64,000 bases of DNA from assembly GCA_051362555.1 (NCBI GenBank), contig CM120647.1, forward strand, positions 6,572,001 to 6,636,000, written 5' to 3'. Each line of letters starts with the position of its first letter. Positions within the stretch are counted from its first letter, which is position 1. A model generated the notes under the pieces. The model had not been told where the DNA came from. It did no database searches and was given only the letters and a program-made list of their open reading frames with translations. The translations under genes were made by a program, and so were the position numbers. The stretch comes from Lingula anatina. Lineage: Eukaryota; Animalia; Brachiopoda. This document shows, one piece after another, positions 24,260 to 39,821 of the stretch.

Positions 24260-27200
24260 TTAAGCACCTGACGCTTAAGTCTCTGTGTAAAACTCGTCAA
24301 ATGAGCCCTAAATTAATACACGTAGTTCCAAAATCGAAAACACATCACCCGACGAAGGTGACATTGGAGTATCACATAATACGTGGTACCTTACCGTTTT
24401 CGTTTTCACATTCCTGTAAGCATAACAAAAACATTAAGTAACAATATACCGCCTTGGTGCTCTAAATCGTCATAGGGGACCGTGTTTTTAAGAATCACGC
24501 CCACCGACGGTATAATGAAAGTAATTTTGAATAATAACAAGACCCTGTAATGATGCAGAGAGTAATTTCGACTGCAACAATAGTAATGAAATGGAAATAT
24601 AACAGCGGACACATTTGAAGCTTTTGATATGTGTAGATGGAATGAAAATAATAATATGCTCTGAGTAAATCATGGACCGTTTCTAGTTGGATCGGCGATG
24701 TCAGGGGTGAAATATGTTATGATTAGAAAACAGCGAAACAGTAAAAGATATGTATTGGGAAGTTAAGGGATGACTCTATTAAATATTCTAGGTCTCAGTT
24801 TCACTGTTAACATGGCGTAGGTTTGACAAATGACCATTGCTTTTTATACGATAATAGACGGTTTAACACTAAGATTGAAGACAGAGAAATGGAAAATTGC
24901 TTGGTGTCTGGTGTTTCCTTCCTATCGTTTCGCTAGGTAACACCCCCCCCCTTTTTTGGAGGGGGGGGGGGGAGAACGAGAAGCTGTGTTTTCCCACCGA
25001 CTCAGCCGTTGAAGGCGCAATTCACATATTCATAACGTGACCATGCATGTTTTTTGTTCATATGTGCACTTCAATCGCTCATTAACACGAAAAATATATA
25101 AATCAATAAATAAACCGATGTGCTTGTAAACGCGAAGAGAAAATACACTTTAAATACACTTGTGAATCTATTCTCTGCTCCAAAAAAGCAGAAAGGAAGT
25201 TTAATCGCGCGTGTAGTAGCTGAATTGTAAAACACTTAAGGGGCGGACTGTCTTCTAGAATAATGACGACCACCTACGTGATGCGATGTTGTGGTTCTTT
25301 ACTAGAGGCAAAATTCCATCAGGTTTAAGCTGTGAAGTTTTGAAAAGGAAAACGAGACGCAAGTGTAAGGAGTAATTGGGTGTGAAGCGTTAATCTGACA
25401 CCCTACTAGGAGGCATTTTACTAGAGTCATGTTGTGTGTTTTTTAAAGGGGTTTACACACGCCACATTTAGATATAGCCTTAGGCGTGGCAATCTCTGTA
25501 GACTCTGTACACCATCTCTCTCTCTCTCTCTCTACACAACGAAAAACCCACACGTCATATCCTAAATAGGATTAAAAGTAGAAAATACTACCGGAGCTGT
25601 TCCATAGTGTGGATGGCGAAAGAGGAAATCGATGACGTGTTTAGTGACGTTTCAGATGCTCGACTTACGTAAAGTTTTAGTTTGTGTGCGCTATGTACGT
25701 GTATTACAGATTTATTTCTTAACCAACACAGCCGGTAAATCTGATGAAAATATACAGATGTGATGACTTATACAAAAACGTATAAAAGTAATGTTCTTTA
25801 GGGCATACTCTTAATGAGTGACAGCCGATAAAGTTGATGATAAAAGTAAACTGATGTTATAAAAGCTAACGCCTGTTAAGTATGGCCAGAATACACATAG
25901 ACTATATCACTTATCATTGTATCTAGGCGACCCAGTTTCGGTATCATTTCATGCGTAGCCAATATTAAATCAAGCGAATTAAAAAGCAACCACCTTTGAA
26001 GGAAAAGACTACTATTTTGCAGACACGTATTTTGATAATTCAAATTCTGAACATCGCATCGTCATCACTATTCCCTATGCCATAGATGGAATGATTTTTT
26101 TTACCAGCCATTAATAAGAAAAAAAAAAACACGAACAAACAAAGTTAGACAGAACGTGGAATTGATATAGACGTTAGATAAATCATCTCTGCGCAGCTAA
26201 ATCAACGCTTAACCCCTATCATCGCTACTGTTTAACAACGCGCCAAAAGCACTTAAAACGTGCAAATAACTAGTCCAGGACAGGCGCAATGATATACATG
26301 TAGCTGTAGGGGTGAAATCATCACTCGATCAAATCTGAAAGGCAAATCTGCCCCCAGAATTACCGAACCGACCAATCCAGTCTCTTACTGAAGGCTATGG
26401 GGAAGATACAATTTAAATTTGCCATATATCTGCCTTCAATAGATAAACTAGATATATAACCAGAATCCGGGACAGATTAAGGTCGTCTTCTGGATCTTCT
26501 GGAAGACGGTCAGATTTTCAAGTTTACATTGACGATTGTCTGTTTTTTTTTCCTCAAGGTCAACAATGGATGCTGGATCAACAAAGACCCTTTGAAAGAC
26601 CGTCAGAAAATTTCTCTGGATCCGCCCCTAAAATACTTCTCTGGGGGGTGGGGTGGGGGCGTGGGAGGAGGGGGGTTAATTGAGCACAACAGAGAATGAT
26701 GGGATGTTGCATCTGTCATTACATATCTGCCCCACAATTCCCTGGGGTAGTCAAGCTGTAAGAATACCAGCTAGTTTTTTTTTTTTTTTTTTTTTGACAA
26801 GCTATTGACTAAAGAGTTTCCTTCATTTCTACTGAAATTACACACTGGACGCTGCCGAAACTCCTCAGTAAGGCTCAATCGATGTTGAACTCGAACTGGG
26901 GTCGTCACCCCACCTATCGGGCGAGAAGATCGCTCAATCAACGGGTCCTTAAATATAAATACCACGAGGCGAATTTTACCCGACAAAACAGGAAACTTGA
27001 GAATGGTAAATATCTCGTTGGAGCGCGTGTACGGAGGGTTTGTGATGAACTGAAAAGTGCAGAGATGAGGTTGGCGTGAAAGTGGTGTTTATATAGATTT
27101 AAGGTCAAGTGAGGCGTTCAGGCAGTATTGCATGCACATACCGGTACACACGCGCGCGCACACGCAGCTCGTGCAGCCTACAGTGATGGTTTTGCTTAAT

Positions 27201-27284
27201 TGGATTAGGCTATAGGCTAGTTGAAACTTTTGCTGTATTGACAGTTAGATTTTCAGAATAATTGCTTGAAGCATGTAGTAGACC

Positions 27285-27321
<37 letters not shown>

Positions 27322-27939
27322 GGCACAACGAAAAATCACGTCGTATGTTAATTATGAATAACAGTAGAGAATAATGTCGGATTTGTTCTTAAGTGTGGAT
27401 GACAAAAGAGGAAATCGATGACGTCTTTAGTGACGTTTCAGAAGCTTGGATTACATAAAGTTTTGCTTGTGCTTGAAAGTACAATTTATTAGGTGCCACC
27501 ATTTCCTGCATGTGTTTTACGGGTAAAAGGCTTGGTAAGAAAGAATAAGGGGATAAATAGGTACTTGAATATATAGATAAATAAATAAGTACGTTTATAA
27601 ATAAATAAATTAATTAATTAATTAATGAATTGGAAAACTTGAAATGAATCTCAAGGAGAAAGTGAACGTGATAGGCATAATTCGTAGCGTAGATGTGGCA
27701 AACGCATAGATCTATGCACTCTCACGAATGGGACGCACGTACGCACACACGCACGCACGCGTCTTCTACTGTAACTGTAATTTGAAGTTGATCGCAAGCC
27801 ATGCGTTCTTGCTAATGATACGGCGATACCCGTTTTAATATCGAGCAATAATAGTTGGTCTCTAAATTGAAGTAAATTTGCTATTATCTTGTTCTGAATT
27901 ACGGTAGTTTTTTCCCTATTTTACTTTATTCCCTTTTAT

Positions 27940-28008
<69 letters not shown>

Positions 28009-28852
28009 AACAAGCGTGGGTTTTTAACGACCGCACAACGCGTTTCTATAAATAACCTTCCACTTGAAGCAATTTGCAGTAGCTCTTTATCTCTCGGCAA
28101 CATATGCTCTGATTTGCAAACAAGAGCATATGGTTTCAACCCATGAGCACGGGCCAAGATATACAAGAAAAAGTGATAGGTATACAAAACGATATTCTTT
28201 TTATTATTTTTTGTGGCGATTATTGTTCTTCAACTTCGCGTGTCAGTGGTTGGGATGTGCTTGTATTGCAAACAAGAGCGTGTGGTTTCTGCGCGTGAGA
28301 ATTAACAGAGCGAAAAGACTGACGACGTAAATGGTCCTACAAGAATACGAGATATAAAAAAAAAAATCAAAAATAATAATAAATGAAAATAAATAAAAAA
28401 GGGTAGTCTTTTATTTTTCATGTCGAATATTCTTCCTCAACTTCTCGTGTTAGCTTTGTCAGTATATTGTAATAGACAGTATGTCAGAACAGGATTCGTT
28501 TTCCTTTCTGTCATCGTTTTTTTTCACTCCGGGGTATCCATTACACCTGCCTCTGTTCTTTGCTAGTGTGGAAGCAGTAACAGTAAGCGGCCGCGCGGTT
28601 TGCTTCAAAACATCGCAGCGGGCACTGTTTTTTATTGTATATTCTTTGCGGTGCTCTAATAAGATGCAAATTTGCTCATTTGTTCCAATCGATTGCAGTG
28701 CACTTTGCAAAAAGAAAAAAAAAAAAAAAAAAAAAAAAAACGGTCAGTCATATTGAAATGGCTAGGTTTACAAGTGAGTTAGGATAGCGCTTTGCATTCT
28801 TGCAAATAGGTCAAAATATCGCATCTAATTTATATCGAGCCGTGACTTAATA

Positions 28853-29068
28853 AAGAGACAACAACTCTTCGTATCAGATTCAAAATTTAACAATTAACAC
28901 AGAGATTATAACTAAAAGCAAACTCTTTTTTAAAAATAATAATCAATTAACTTGGAATGTCGGAATGAATTCACAAAACCTTTGGCAAGTATAGGGGAAT
29001 TACCGTTCACTTCCAGGAAAATTCGTTTACTGGCACTTTTCTCGCCAAAATGAAGAGTTGTTAGCCCT
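28853..29068. mobile_element. Shorter, diverged copy of the Kolobok-like MITE
   Basis: agagacaacaactcttcgtat ... tccaggaaaattc ... gaagagttgttagccct; shares blocks with 23923-24259. Confidence 0.7.
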
Positions 29069-31056
29069 TAAATTTATGTAGGAAGAATTTGTCTGTGGCG
29101 TAATCTACTACTGACTGTCAGAATCACAAATGTCCCAGTTTAATCATATTTCTTTTGAATGTCAAAATAAATAGATCTCAATTTAGGACCTCGTAACAAA
29201 CCAGGCAGAATGAAAAGGAAATTGTGTGTACATATTGCAATTTTTTTGTCTCTAAATTGATAAGCAGAACTCAGAAGATTGCATGTTCTCTAACAGGAGA
29301 AGCTGTTGTTCTCTTATCCGCATAACGCTCCGATTTTGGAAAAGAGATGCGTTTTTTTGTAAGATTTTAATTCAGCACAACAAACGTACGCCTCTACATG
29401 GCGACCCGTATCCGGTGTATAGACATGGTATTCTTCTTCGTGCAATTACAAGTGTGATGCAGCTAAAATGGTTTTTGTAACCAGGAAAAAAACTATGAGT
29501 GGTCTGTTAAGTTAGTCCCGTGTTTCCCATTTGTAAGATTGTCCTCTTTCATGTTTCTGTCATATACAGCACCGTAACTAAAATAATATTTTGAGATAAT
29601 AATAATTACGTCAGAAGATCGTTTTTAAATAGACGAAACGTGCTATATACATACACGTATAAGAGACAAAACGTTCCATTTAAACCTTTACCAAATGGTC
29701 TTATAGGTAGAAAACATGTTTTTTTTCTTCAAAAACGATTTACTTTATTTTTTATCACCTTTACAAGAGATTAAACGATAAACCTATCCCAGTTATGAAG
29801 ACCATTAAGTGTTATCAACTTATCACAATAACTACTCATGTATGTAGCGTTGCCTTTTATTAAAAAAAAAAGCCTTAATGTGAGAGCACTGCTTTTCGTG
29901 TACCGCCTTAGCATGACAAATTCTATTAGGTCTTTTTTTTTACCAGTATATTATCTTGTATTGAAAATTCTGCCCCATTATGTAACATGCTAGGCAGGTG
30001 TGTTATTGCTTTTAGGAGCATCTCGAACACGTAAATGATCGAAGCGATGGGATTTGAAATGTCGTGCTTCTTAGTCGTATAGCGTGATAATTGGAACGCG
30101 TTTGCCGTTTAGATATGCAAGCAACACACGATCATTTGACCACAGAAATCACGCATCAATATGGCGGTGTTGATATTTCATTTATGATTGCCTTTTTGGA
30201 CGCTTGAACGAGTGATCCATGCAGTACTTAATTGAAATATGTATAATTTAGAACGCTGATATTGTTTTGTCACTCTAAATAAATGATGCAATGCAAGGGT
30301 TCAATGCACTGCATATGAAAAATACGTTGAAATATGTGTCACACCTGCAACGGATAAATTTGAATGCCAAAGCTCAAATAATATAGTAAAATGCGTAATA
30401 AGGTAATTAAGAGTCTTGTTTTTGTCACTGATATTTAGACATACAAATAACACGTCTTATTCAACTATTTATCAATGTGCTATAGATCAGGGTCAGTGGC
30501 AGTTGCCACAGAATGACTTTAGCCCGTCAATTGATCTGAACTTTAACCCAAAATATGGCCAACTTTCGTTGGAGTTAACCCAAGTGTAGTCCTCTTGAAT
30601 AAAACACGCACTGGCCTGAAATATTTAACAAGGAATTTTTTTTTGTAAAAAATGCAATATGCCATTTAATTATACCGATACAGATTTGTCTAGGGCCAAA
30701 GTCGACTAAAGTTTGGTCTAAATGTTTAGACCAGTTTTCAGTCAAAAGACATCATGTGAAATAGGCCACAGAGGAAAATTCAGAAATCATTGGTCCAGAA
30801 TGTTGAATCACAGAGAAATTTGTTGTTCCGTTTATCAGTATGGTCAATATATACATTACAGAACGCCCGCATGAGCAGTTGTTGTAAATTATAGAAGCAT
30901 ATTTGGTAATGGCAGGATCCATCCCAATTCAAATATTCATTGATTTGATTTTAATGGTTAAACTAAAGTGGGTAAATAATGGACAGTTGAGATTATCGAG
31001 GAAAATTATCGACTAGGTTAATTTTCATCGACTGAAGGTTTTATTGTAGTCGGATA

Positions 31057-31074
31057 CTCTCTCTCTCTCTCTTT

Positions 31075-31154
<80 letters not shown>
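31057..31154. repeat. (CT)n(GT)n compound microsatellite
   Basis: Directly visible. Confidence 0.95.
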
Positions 31155-31170
<16 letters not shown>

Positions 31171-31782
31171 TGTGTCGAAAGTTGGAGAGAGAGAAGGAGA
31201 AGCGAGTTTTACAAATAAAAGGTTCCATGCTTGTACGTTATATGTATACTTGAGTCAATAACAGTTCGGCAAAAAGACGACGACAACCTTTTCCAATTAA
31301 CTACCACGTTGGTCTTATTAAAAAAGAAATATATGAAAACATCTCTTCCACAGCGGGCATGAATATTCAGAAATATAACAATTTTTGCAATTATCAAGTT
31401 ATTAGCACGAAGGTTATTTAGGCATATAGAAACAACGATCATCACGATCACTGGCGCGTATATAAGGTGGTGAATTGATAAAAAAAAAGTCAGCCATTTT
31501 GACAAAGGAGCTGTTTTTCGTGCAGTTACAGGTACAGACACAACAACTTGTGTATTACAGCTGAAAAAACGTAATTTGTGCCACAGTAAACAAGTGTTTC
31601 CCATGCGTTCTGCACAAATTGGCTATTCACGTAATAAAATAATTCATATCTGCAAGTACACGTGTGTTTCGTAAGCTCATAGGGGTCGTATGCAGAATTG
31701 AATGTACATGGGCAAATTAGAACCACGGCAATTGATGTGTATTTTACTTAATTGAAATTTAATTGAAACTCTCTCTCTCTCT

Positions 31783-31814
<32 letters not shown>

Positions 31815-33659
31815 GGCTACACCATGTATACTTATTTTTACATGTTCGATATCATCTAACAGGTATTTTCGCAGGTGTGCGCCAAAGTTATCACGTTTTC
31901 GCCATGAAGTGATGAACCCCAGAGATATAATTAACAAATATAATGAAACACAAACAAGCCGCACTTATCATTTTCCCTTCTATATCGCGATCGCTGCTGG
32001 GTTAACGCACAGAAAGGTGTTCGATTTCATCGAAAATAGTTATGAAAAATGCTGAGCCACAGGTATTAAACGAAATAGTACAAAACATTCACTCTTTGAC
32101 GACAGGACGCCAAGAAGAATCGAGGCTATTTCCCCTTATGTTTCTCACCTCCCGTAGTTAAGAAATGTGGGACATTCTGTAATGTTACGCGACACGTGCG
32201 TCAATTAAGCCACGCCCCTCTCACTTCCGGTTCCGCTTGTAGTTGCAGTTTAAACAGTCACTTTCATTCTGAAAGATACCGACCTACTTTCAATACCTTT
32301 AAATTTATTTTTGCAGATTTTACCAAATTAAATACAATAAAAAAAAACAACAAACAAACTAAGGACAGAGTGATGCTTTAGGTAGGCGTATTACTACCAA
32401 ATAGTTCTGTTCGAATTTAGCGAAAAACTACCGTACCATAGAGATCTTCAGCATTTTACACAGTCGACGGGAAGACGTGATACCGAATAAACATCTGGGT
32501 TTAGGCTTATCAACGGTGTACCTAGTACAAGTATGAAGTATATTCTCTTAATATCATTCATAAACAATGACACTGATGAATATATCTACACACTGCGTTA
32601 AAATATGGCGAAAAAAGAGAAATGACTATTCATAACTAGAATAAATGAAAAAAAAAGAAATGTACTGTGCGTGACTGAAGAAAAATTATTCGATCTAAGA
32701 TGAAGGTAATTGGAATGAGAACACTGAAATGTGCTGACCTTTTGGAAGGATATATGATAAGGAATGCTTACCTGAATTATCAGATCCTTGGCATTGTCGA
32801 GTGGCGTTGCAATGGACTGCAAAATGAAATCTTTTATTTGTTCTAAAATGGTAAAACTAATATCTTGAAATATATCGTGCGGTTTTTGGGCTGATTTTTA
32901 GGTTCACTGTCATGTCGAAAACAATAAATAGATATATGGTTAGACAGGGGATCAAAACGAAACGTTATTTCTGCGTGTACATATATATATACAGTTACTT
33001 CGTGTTCCTCAGTGACAGCATTGAAGCAGAACATGAATACTATTCACTCAGGGGATATCTGTAGCATATTCTGAAGACAATGAATGTGTTATAATGCAGA
33101 GATAATTGGAAGCTTTCCAATCATATTGAAGTTCATATTGTTTTTTTCCCAACACTGATGACGCATTTTATGCAATTATGCATAGAGAGAGTGTTGTCGG
33201 TGGATGTAATAAGCCCTAAATAGTGTTAGTGCACTCTTTATAATACAAAAACTCTCTTAGCCCATCTCTACTGAGAATTGTGGTCGGCATTATTGCGTCT
33301 CCCGGAAAAGCGTTTCACTGTACATCTTGCATAATTTTTAAGCGTCTGAACAAAACCCTAAACCCTTAAACAAGGATCTTACAACCTTGATACCGAAATC
33401 AGCTTGACAGCGGCACATGTACGCGGAACAGCCTGCGGACGAACGACAAGAATTGTTTTATTTCCTAATACACGTATTTATTGAAGCCCCATAAAATGTA
33501 TTCCTCTAAGTCGACTTTATTCCATGCAGACTATTTCACCTAGGTGTCATTTTAAGGAAAGATTACAAATTAAAAAAATTAAAAAAAATTAAAGTCGCTT
33601 ACGACAATAAAGGTACAAGAGCGTCCCAACCACAAAGGATGTGAAATTTGTCATACCTG

Positions 33660-33835
33660 AGAACAACAGAATAACAATGGACTAACCAGTCTGAGGGTCA
33701 AATATGGCGACCCACTAAAAACCTTGACGTCTAATCCGCTAATAAACACTGAATAGATTCCCCGTGGGAAACTATTCAATTGGATCGGCCATATTTGATC
33801 CTCGGAGTAGTTAGTCCTCGGTTCTGAATGCGGCC
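33660..33835. mobile_element. Harbinger-like MITE family D copy (left end decayed)
   Basis: Ends gttctgaatgcggcc|tta; internal inverted pair tcaaatatggc / gccatatttga; related to 58827 and 62582. Confidence 0.6.
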
Positions 33836-34829
33836 TTACCCCAGCAGGAACAGTGCCACAGCACTAGTAATCTCATGGACACATGCACACATCCAAGTCA
33901 ACAAAAGATTTAATATTGTTTTGTGAAACGGAGGCCATGGGCTTAAAGCGATTTAGTCTTTCTATGAAACAGGTACACTAAGACAGGAATTTAGTCTAAA
34001 TTCTCAGACCAAAAATGTATAATCTACTGTGACTTTAGATAAATGAACCTGCGAAAATCACATGTAAATTTTGAAAACAAAGTAATGACAAGTATTTTTG
34101 TCTAATTGTGGTATTGGTTATTTTAACAGTTTATTTCTGATTTATCCAGAAAAGAAGTGAACCGCAATTTCCGGAATATCTCACAGTAATGACAACCGCC
34201 CTAGGTATTCAAGATAATTCAACTAAATTATTATTCCAATAACGCCCGCGTGAAATTATCCGTTGCGTGCTGTATAATTAACCTTGTAAACACAGCAATA
34301 AAAGTTGTGAACGTGGGAGAACATAAGAAAACACATCATGAAAACATAAAAAAACGCCTCGTATCTGCTTTGCAATTGCCCTCATTTCTCAGGTTCAAGA
34401 ACGCGAACCTAGCTGTTCAGTCACCGACCCACGTACGTAAATCTTGACTGAATCGGAATACCAACACTAGCACAGAATATGTGCCTAGCATAACCCGCAA
34501 TTTCCTGTTTCGAGTATTATTTAAGAAAAGATGGTCCCAAAGCGATATTTGAAAGTGGTAGATCTTTCTGTAAAACTTACTGATTTTACTAAATGTCACA
34601 TTATAAATTATCACGGAAAGACAGACAGACAGACAGACAGGCAGACGGACGAACAGACAGACAGACGTGTAACAGACGTGCATATATGGGTTTTTATTAA
34701 AGATACCAAACTGGAATGATAACATGATGTCATGTACATATCCGTTTTAATCGTCATTTCTACCTCGGATATAAACATTATATATACTGGTAGCCACCGG
34801 AATGACGTCAGAAATGAAGGATTCAAGAG

Positions 34830-34878
<49 letters not shown>

Positions 34879-35826
34879 GGGGAGAGGGCAAAATGAGCCT
34901 TTCCCTCTTCTCCGCGCCTCCAAAAGAAAAAAAAAACAACAACTAACAAGCAAAGCGAGTCTAAACCAAAAAAATATGGGGATCCCTGTACGTAGCTTAT
35001 ATATTACAGTTATTAGACTTATTGCAAATTGTTAGCACAAATTTGCTGCACATTTGCAAGAAGGAATTTAACCATGCATGTACTGTTTTAAGTTTGAAAA
35101 GATTCGAATACTTTTTGCAAATTTGCTGCTACATGTAACTTTCGATGCTCTTGCAATTTTGCAGCAATTTTTTTTTTTTTGCAACAACCTGCAAACAGTT
35201 TCTGCTGCAAGTGTTTCATATTGTTAAGGAATTGTCCTTCTCTGCTATTTTTCTTTGTGTTTGTCAAGTTTATCCCTTGCCCCCTCCCTCCCACTTCCAT
35301 ATTATCAAAATCCTCAAGTCGCCAATGTACATTAATTCTAGAATAATCTCGGTAATTTGCACACTGGTTGTGTTTGCGAGTCGTGGCCGGAACAGCTGCG
35401 CTCAGCAATACTTGGAAAGTAAAATCAACACACTGCACACGGAGCACACGAGATGAAACACAGTGGGATTGAAATATGAGATTTTTTTTCCTAGGAAAGA
35501 TTTCCAGTCATGCTGAGAAGTTTTAACTTAGAACGAGCCTATCCGCCTTTTTACGAAGTATACATCTCTCCTGTGTGTGTTTTCAATGTAAAAGTAAATG
35601 TTTTATTTTCAAAGCCTGATTATCCACGATAAACGAAATCAAACAGCTTTATGCTTTAACTTGAATGTTATTTTGAATGAAGAATGACTTGCATAAATAC
35701 ATATTATGTCCTCCAGCAATCGCCTACTAGGGTGAGAATGCACCGTGCCAATATTAAATCGGAATTTTGCAAAGATCAATATGTTACCGTAAAATCTTCC
35801 GCCTCAGCTTTTATTAATTTATTTAT

Positions 35827-35996
35827 TGTGGCAGGAATGGTAGTCCGCTAGGAACCGTAGTCCGTTCCCCATTACTTTGCAAAGGTGGGATTCGTCCCAT
35901 TTATTACCCCCAATACTCCGTCTAGCCCTAACCTGTACAAATTATATATTACCCCTAGGACTTCTATTCCTAGGACTACCATTCCTATCACACCGG
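35827..35996. mobile_element. MITE family A copy 3
   Basis: caggaatggtagtcc ... ggactaccattcctatcacaccgg. Confidence 0.8.
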
Positions 35997-36488
35997 GAGG
36001 GTACTCGCTGGCGTCCATCGCTGTGGTTAATGTTTTAAGAACCACTTCGTTCATCACGACTCTCCTTTCTTTGTATCTCTGTCTTTTCTCTCTGTCCGTA
36101 ATTCTTTCATCGATTGACACTGGCGATCAGTTGAGAGAAAACCCAATAAAAACCATATAATGGCGCGTTATTGCAAGCTTGGATATCTTTAAGGTGTTTA
36201 CTCCGCAATGGCGGATAGTGGAGAGGGCCCATTGGGTATATGCCCCCCCCCCCCCCCGCCCCTTAACTTGGGGGGTTCCCTCTTTATCTCTTGTCCCTCC
36301 CAAAACTAGTGTAATATAAAGTGGAAAACGAGATGTATGTTGTATAACTCCCATTAACACAGCATTTGCAGATACGTATTGGTGTAAATTAGAGTATGAA
36401 AAGGTAGGAAAAGGTAGTGTGAAATTTTGCACTTACTGTATATTCCTGACTACCCAACCATCTATCAAAAAAGAAAAAAAAAAGAAAA

Positions 36489-36531
<43 letters not shown>

Positions 36532-37456
36532 AAATATATAAATAAATTAAAATACAATATCCTAAGTTTTAAGTACTGTACTAGTACGTGCACACATATG
36601 TACTGCACACATAATAAAACATCAGTTTATAAAGTCATCAATCGTTATATACCATGTCAAAAGAAACGCATGTGTTTGTTTGTTAATAAATCATTTATAA
36701 GCCATCCGAACATATGGTATACATGAACCAGTACTCGGTGATTACATCATTACTATGAATTGCGTTATTACAACAAATTGAGTCATTATTATTAATTGTG
36801 GTATTATTACAAATAGCATTTGATGTTGCAAAATTCCAGAGGGCACCATTTAGAACGCATGCAATCATGACACATTATTACATAAAATGCTGAAGGGTCA
36901 AAACATGGTATTTGAAATGTCTCTGACGGGACATTTTAGAGACAACTTTTAATATTACAGTTAGTAAAATGATCCACACGGTTACTTTTAAATACATTTC
37001 TATTGAGCTGGACCATAAAGGATTATATAAAACAAGCAACTAATTTGTATTGAAATAACTGTGGGAATGACAATCACTTAAAGGTCGGTCTCCGACGGGA
37101 CATTTTTGACCCCTGTATTTTTTTTTTTACTAAAACTCCAACACAAAATTCTCTTTGACTTTTGTAATTCTTCAAAGTATTATATTCTATGGTAGAGAAG
37201 AGCTGCATGCACATGTGGGTGGGAGCCTCAATGGCAATTTTTTCTGCCAATAATGACAACAAAAATGCAGATGGAAATGCCAATTCTAAGATTTCTTTTA
37301 AAATTTCGATCCCCAGCTGAGCATTGTGTCATTTTCTTGAAATGGTGTTTTGTTTTGTGTCCATGACTTGTACATTGACGTATGTGCTGGTAATTGGTCT
37401 TTTATTATCCACATCGCCCTTTATGCATAGTAATAAATGTATCCGAGTCAGAGATA

Positions 37457-37670
37457 GGCTCTATTCCCATAGATTTTAGATCGATCTATCCCCGCGGGGA
37501 GTCTTACTAGATTACTTTCAGATAATCCGACTTAAATGTCCGTCCCGCCTACTACAAGCTGTAATGAGCCTTTAACTTTCGTGTCCGCCCGGCTGACAGC
37601 TATTTAGCGTGAACCCCCCGGGAGTTAGGTCGATCTAAAGTAGGTCGATCTAATCTATGGAAATGGGGTG
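37457..37670. mobile_element. Harbinger-like MITE family C copy
   Basis: ggctctattcccatagattttagatcgatcta ... gatctaatctatggaaatggggtg; nearly identical to 54327-54541. Confidence 0.85.
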
Positions 37671-38039
37671 ATAGATACATGTACAGTACATGCATGCTAC
37701 CAGCCCTTTGAATAGGGACGTGGTCCGAATTCAACCTTTTTAAAGAGTAAAAAAAAAATAATAAAATTACTTTTCCCCACTCTCTAGTTTAAAATACTGG
37801 TGTATGCATAAAATCTAAAATTAAAACCAAACTATCATTGAGTGACTTTTTAACAAGTGCGATATACAAGTTCCAAAATTGACTTATAGATTATTATTTC
37901 ATCTTTGACCTTGTTATTTTTTTTTAAAAGTTTGTTCACATATGTCTTTTAACATTCTTTTATTTTTATTCATTAGGGATTTTATTCAAGTACGTTACAA
38001 TCAAAGTATTTATCCAGCCCTCGGGGTTGCAGATTTGAC

Positions 38040-38107
<68 letters not shown>
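38040..38107. repeat. (AAT)n microsatellite
   Basis: Directly visible. Confidence 0.95.
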
Positions 38108-39821
38108 GAATTTCCAATAGTTAATGCGTGGGCAAGCAGCATCACCGTTTGGTTTGGAAAGGGAAGATCCCCCCCCCCCTTTTCCCTCTATAACCACCAG
38201 TGAAAGTAATTGTATGCTCAAGAAAGTTGGCCTAAGAGTTGACAAGGACAAGGACAAGGACGTTTAAATAACCTAGTTTAGCTTCTAATACAACGAGCTT
38301 TTTCCTTTTTAAAACCAAGGGAGCTATCAAGTTAGATCCAACTGGTCAGGTCATAAAGGTTAAAGCGAGGGTAATTCCATGGCGGTTTCCCAGCGCCGGA
38401 AAACGTTGACATTTTGGTTGCGGCTTCTCCATCAAATCGATCGATGGCGAGTTCTCGATAACATCCTGTTTATTTCTTGTGGAGATAGGACGACTCCTCG
38501 TACGCAGATACCTGATATCAAGGCTGATAAAAACGTTGATATTTTTCAAGTTTCTTTAAGAGCACTGCAATTTTCAGGCTATCGGTATAATTTGTCCAAC
38601 TTCAGATCGAAAACGTGACGTCTTATCTATTCCTTGAAGAGTCATTTGAGTTACCAACGCAGATACCTAGGTTGATAATAACTTGTCTATTCTTCTGAGG
38701 TACTATTAAGTTCACACCGAGTTTCAGGTCAAATAGAATTTCTCAATATTAAATCGACAAGAAGATTTGGTTAATAGTGTTATGTACGTAGATTCCCAGT
38801 CACCATAGGCCATTAACCCCGTGAATCGATTAGGGGTCGTCGTCCTCACGTGTCACAGATTATACTGCCGATGCAGTTTATTGGGACTTCATTTAAATAT
38901 CATGTTTTTGAGAGGGTGGGGGGTGGGGGGGGGGTTGACGCCACGAAGCAGTGGCGTAAATTTACCAAAGGTGCATTAAACAGAGAGTCAGCCATTCATT
39001 TCATTCGTATTGGATAAGGTTAGCGTGATGAAACGTGAGTCAAAATCTAGGACGGGGCTTACCTGTACAAATCGATGGGGATGGAGTACATTGGCTTTAA
39101 TAGTAGATGTAGCGTGCTTTCTTGGCGATCATTTTGGATTTGTGTTTTGGTGACGCAATGCAGAGCTGGAGGCAAAAGAATTAGAGGAAATCAATGGGTT
39201 TGAAGCGTATTATCATTTGAACTTTTATTGACCTTCCCTATAAGGACCTTAAGGTAGATAATCTCTTTAATATTGTTAATCACTGGGTAAAATCGCTGGT
39301 TCTCGTCTCATAGTGGCGTCTGTTTTTGATGACATGTTAAGTGGCATCGGTCGGTACCGCCAGTGAAACGGACTTAATGTATTTCTATGTAAAATTAATG
39401 GAGTTATTATGTTTTTTTTTTTTTTGGAGGGGGGGGGGTTGAATGGAAAAGTGGATTCACGTGACATAGGGAAAAATGTGAAAAGCAAAACATACGCGCA
39501 GGACGAATACCCTTATGGGAATTGAATAATTGAATGCCCTGTGGAGAAAATACGACTTGCTTTTGATGAATTGCATTCGATTTTCCATTAAACACATTCT
39601 GTACACTACAGGAACGGTTTTGTTAATATTATCCACTTCTTATATGCAGTGGTATAGCGTGTGTCCAGCCCTGTGTATAATGTACATGTATACATAGGCT
39701 GAATAAATGAGAATTAATTTTGTAATCATTAGTATTGCATGTATAATATTGTACTGGTGGCAAACTTATCCCCAGCCTCGTCTACGGTTCTGAGACTTTT
39801 GGTAAAATTCGATATGAGTTA

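Noticed and set aside
34611-35035. Poly-Pro and poly-Gly ORFs, G-quadruplex candidate
   Set aside because: Produced by a poly-G homopolymer whose length is unreliable.
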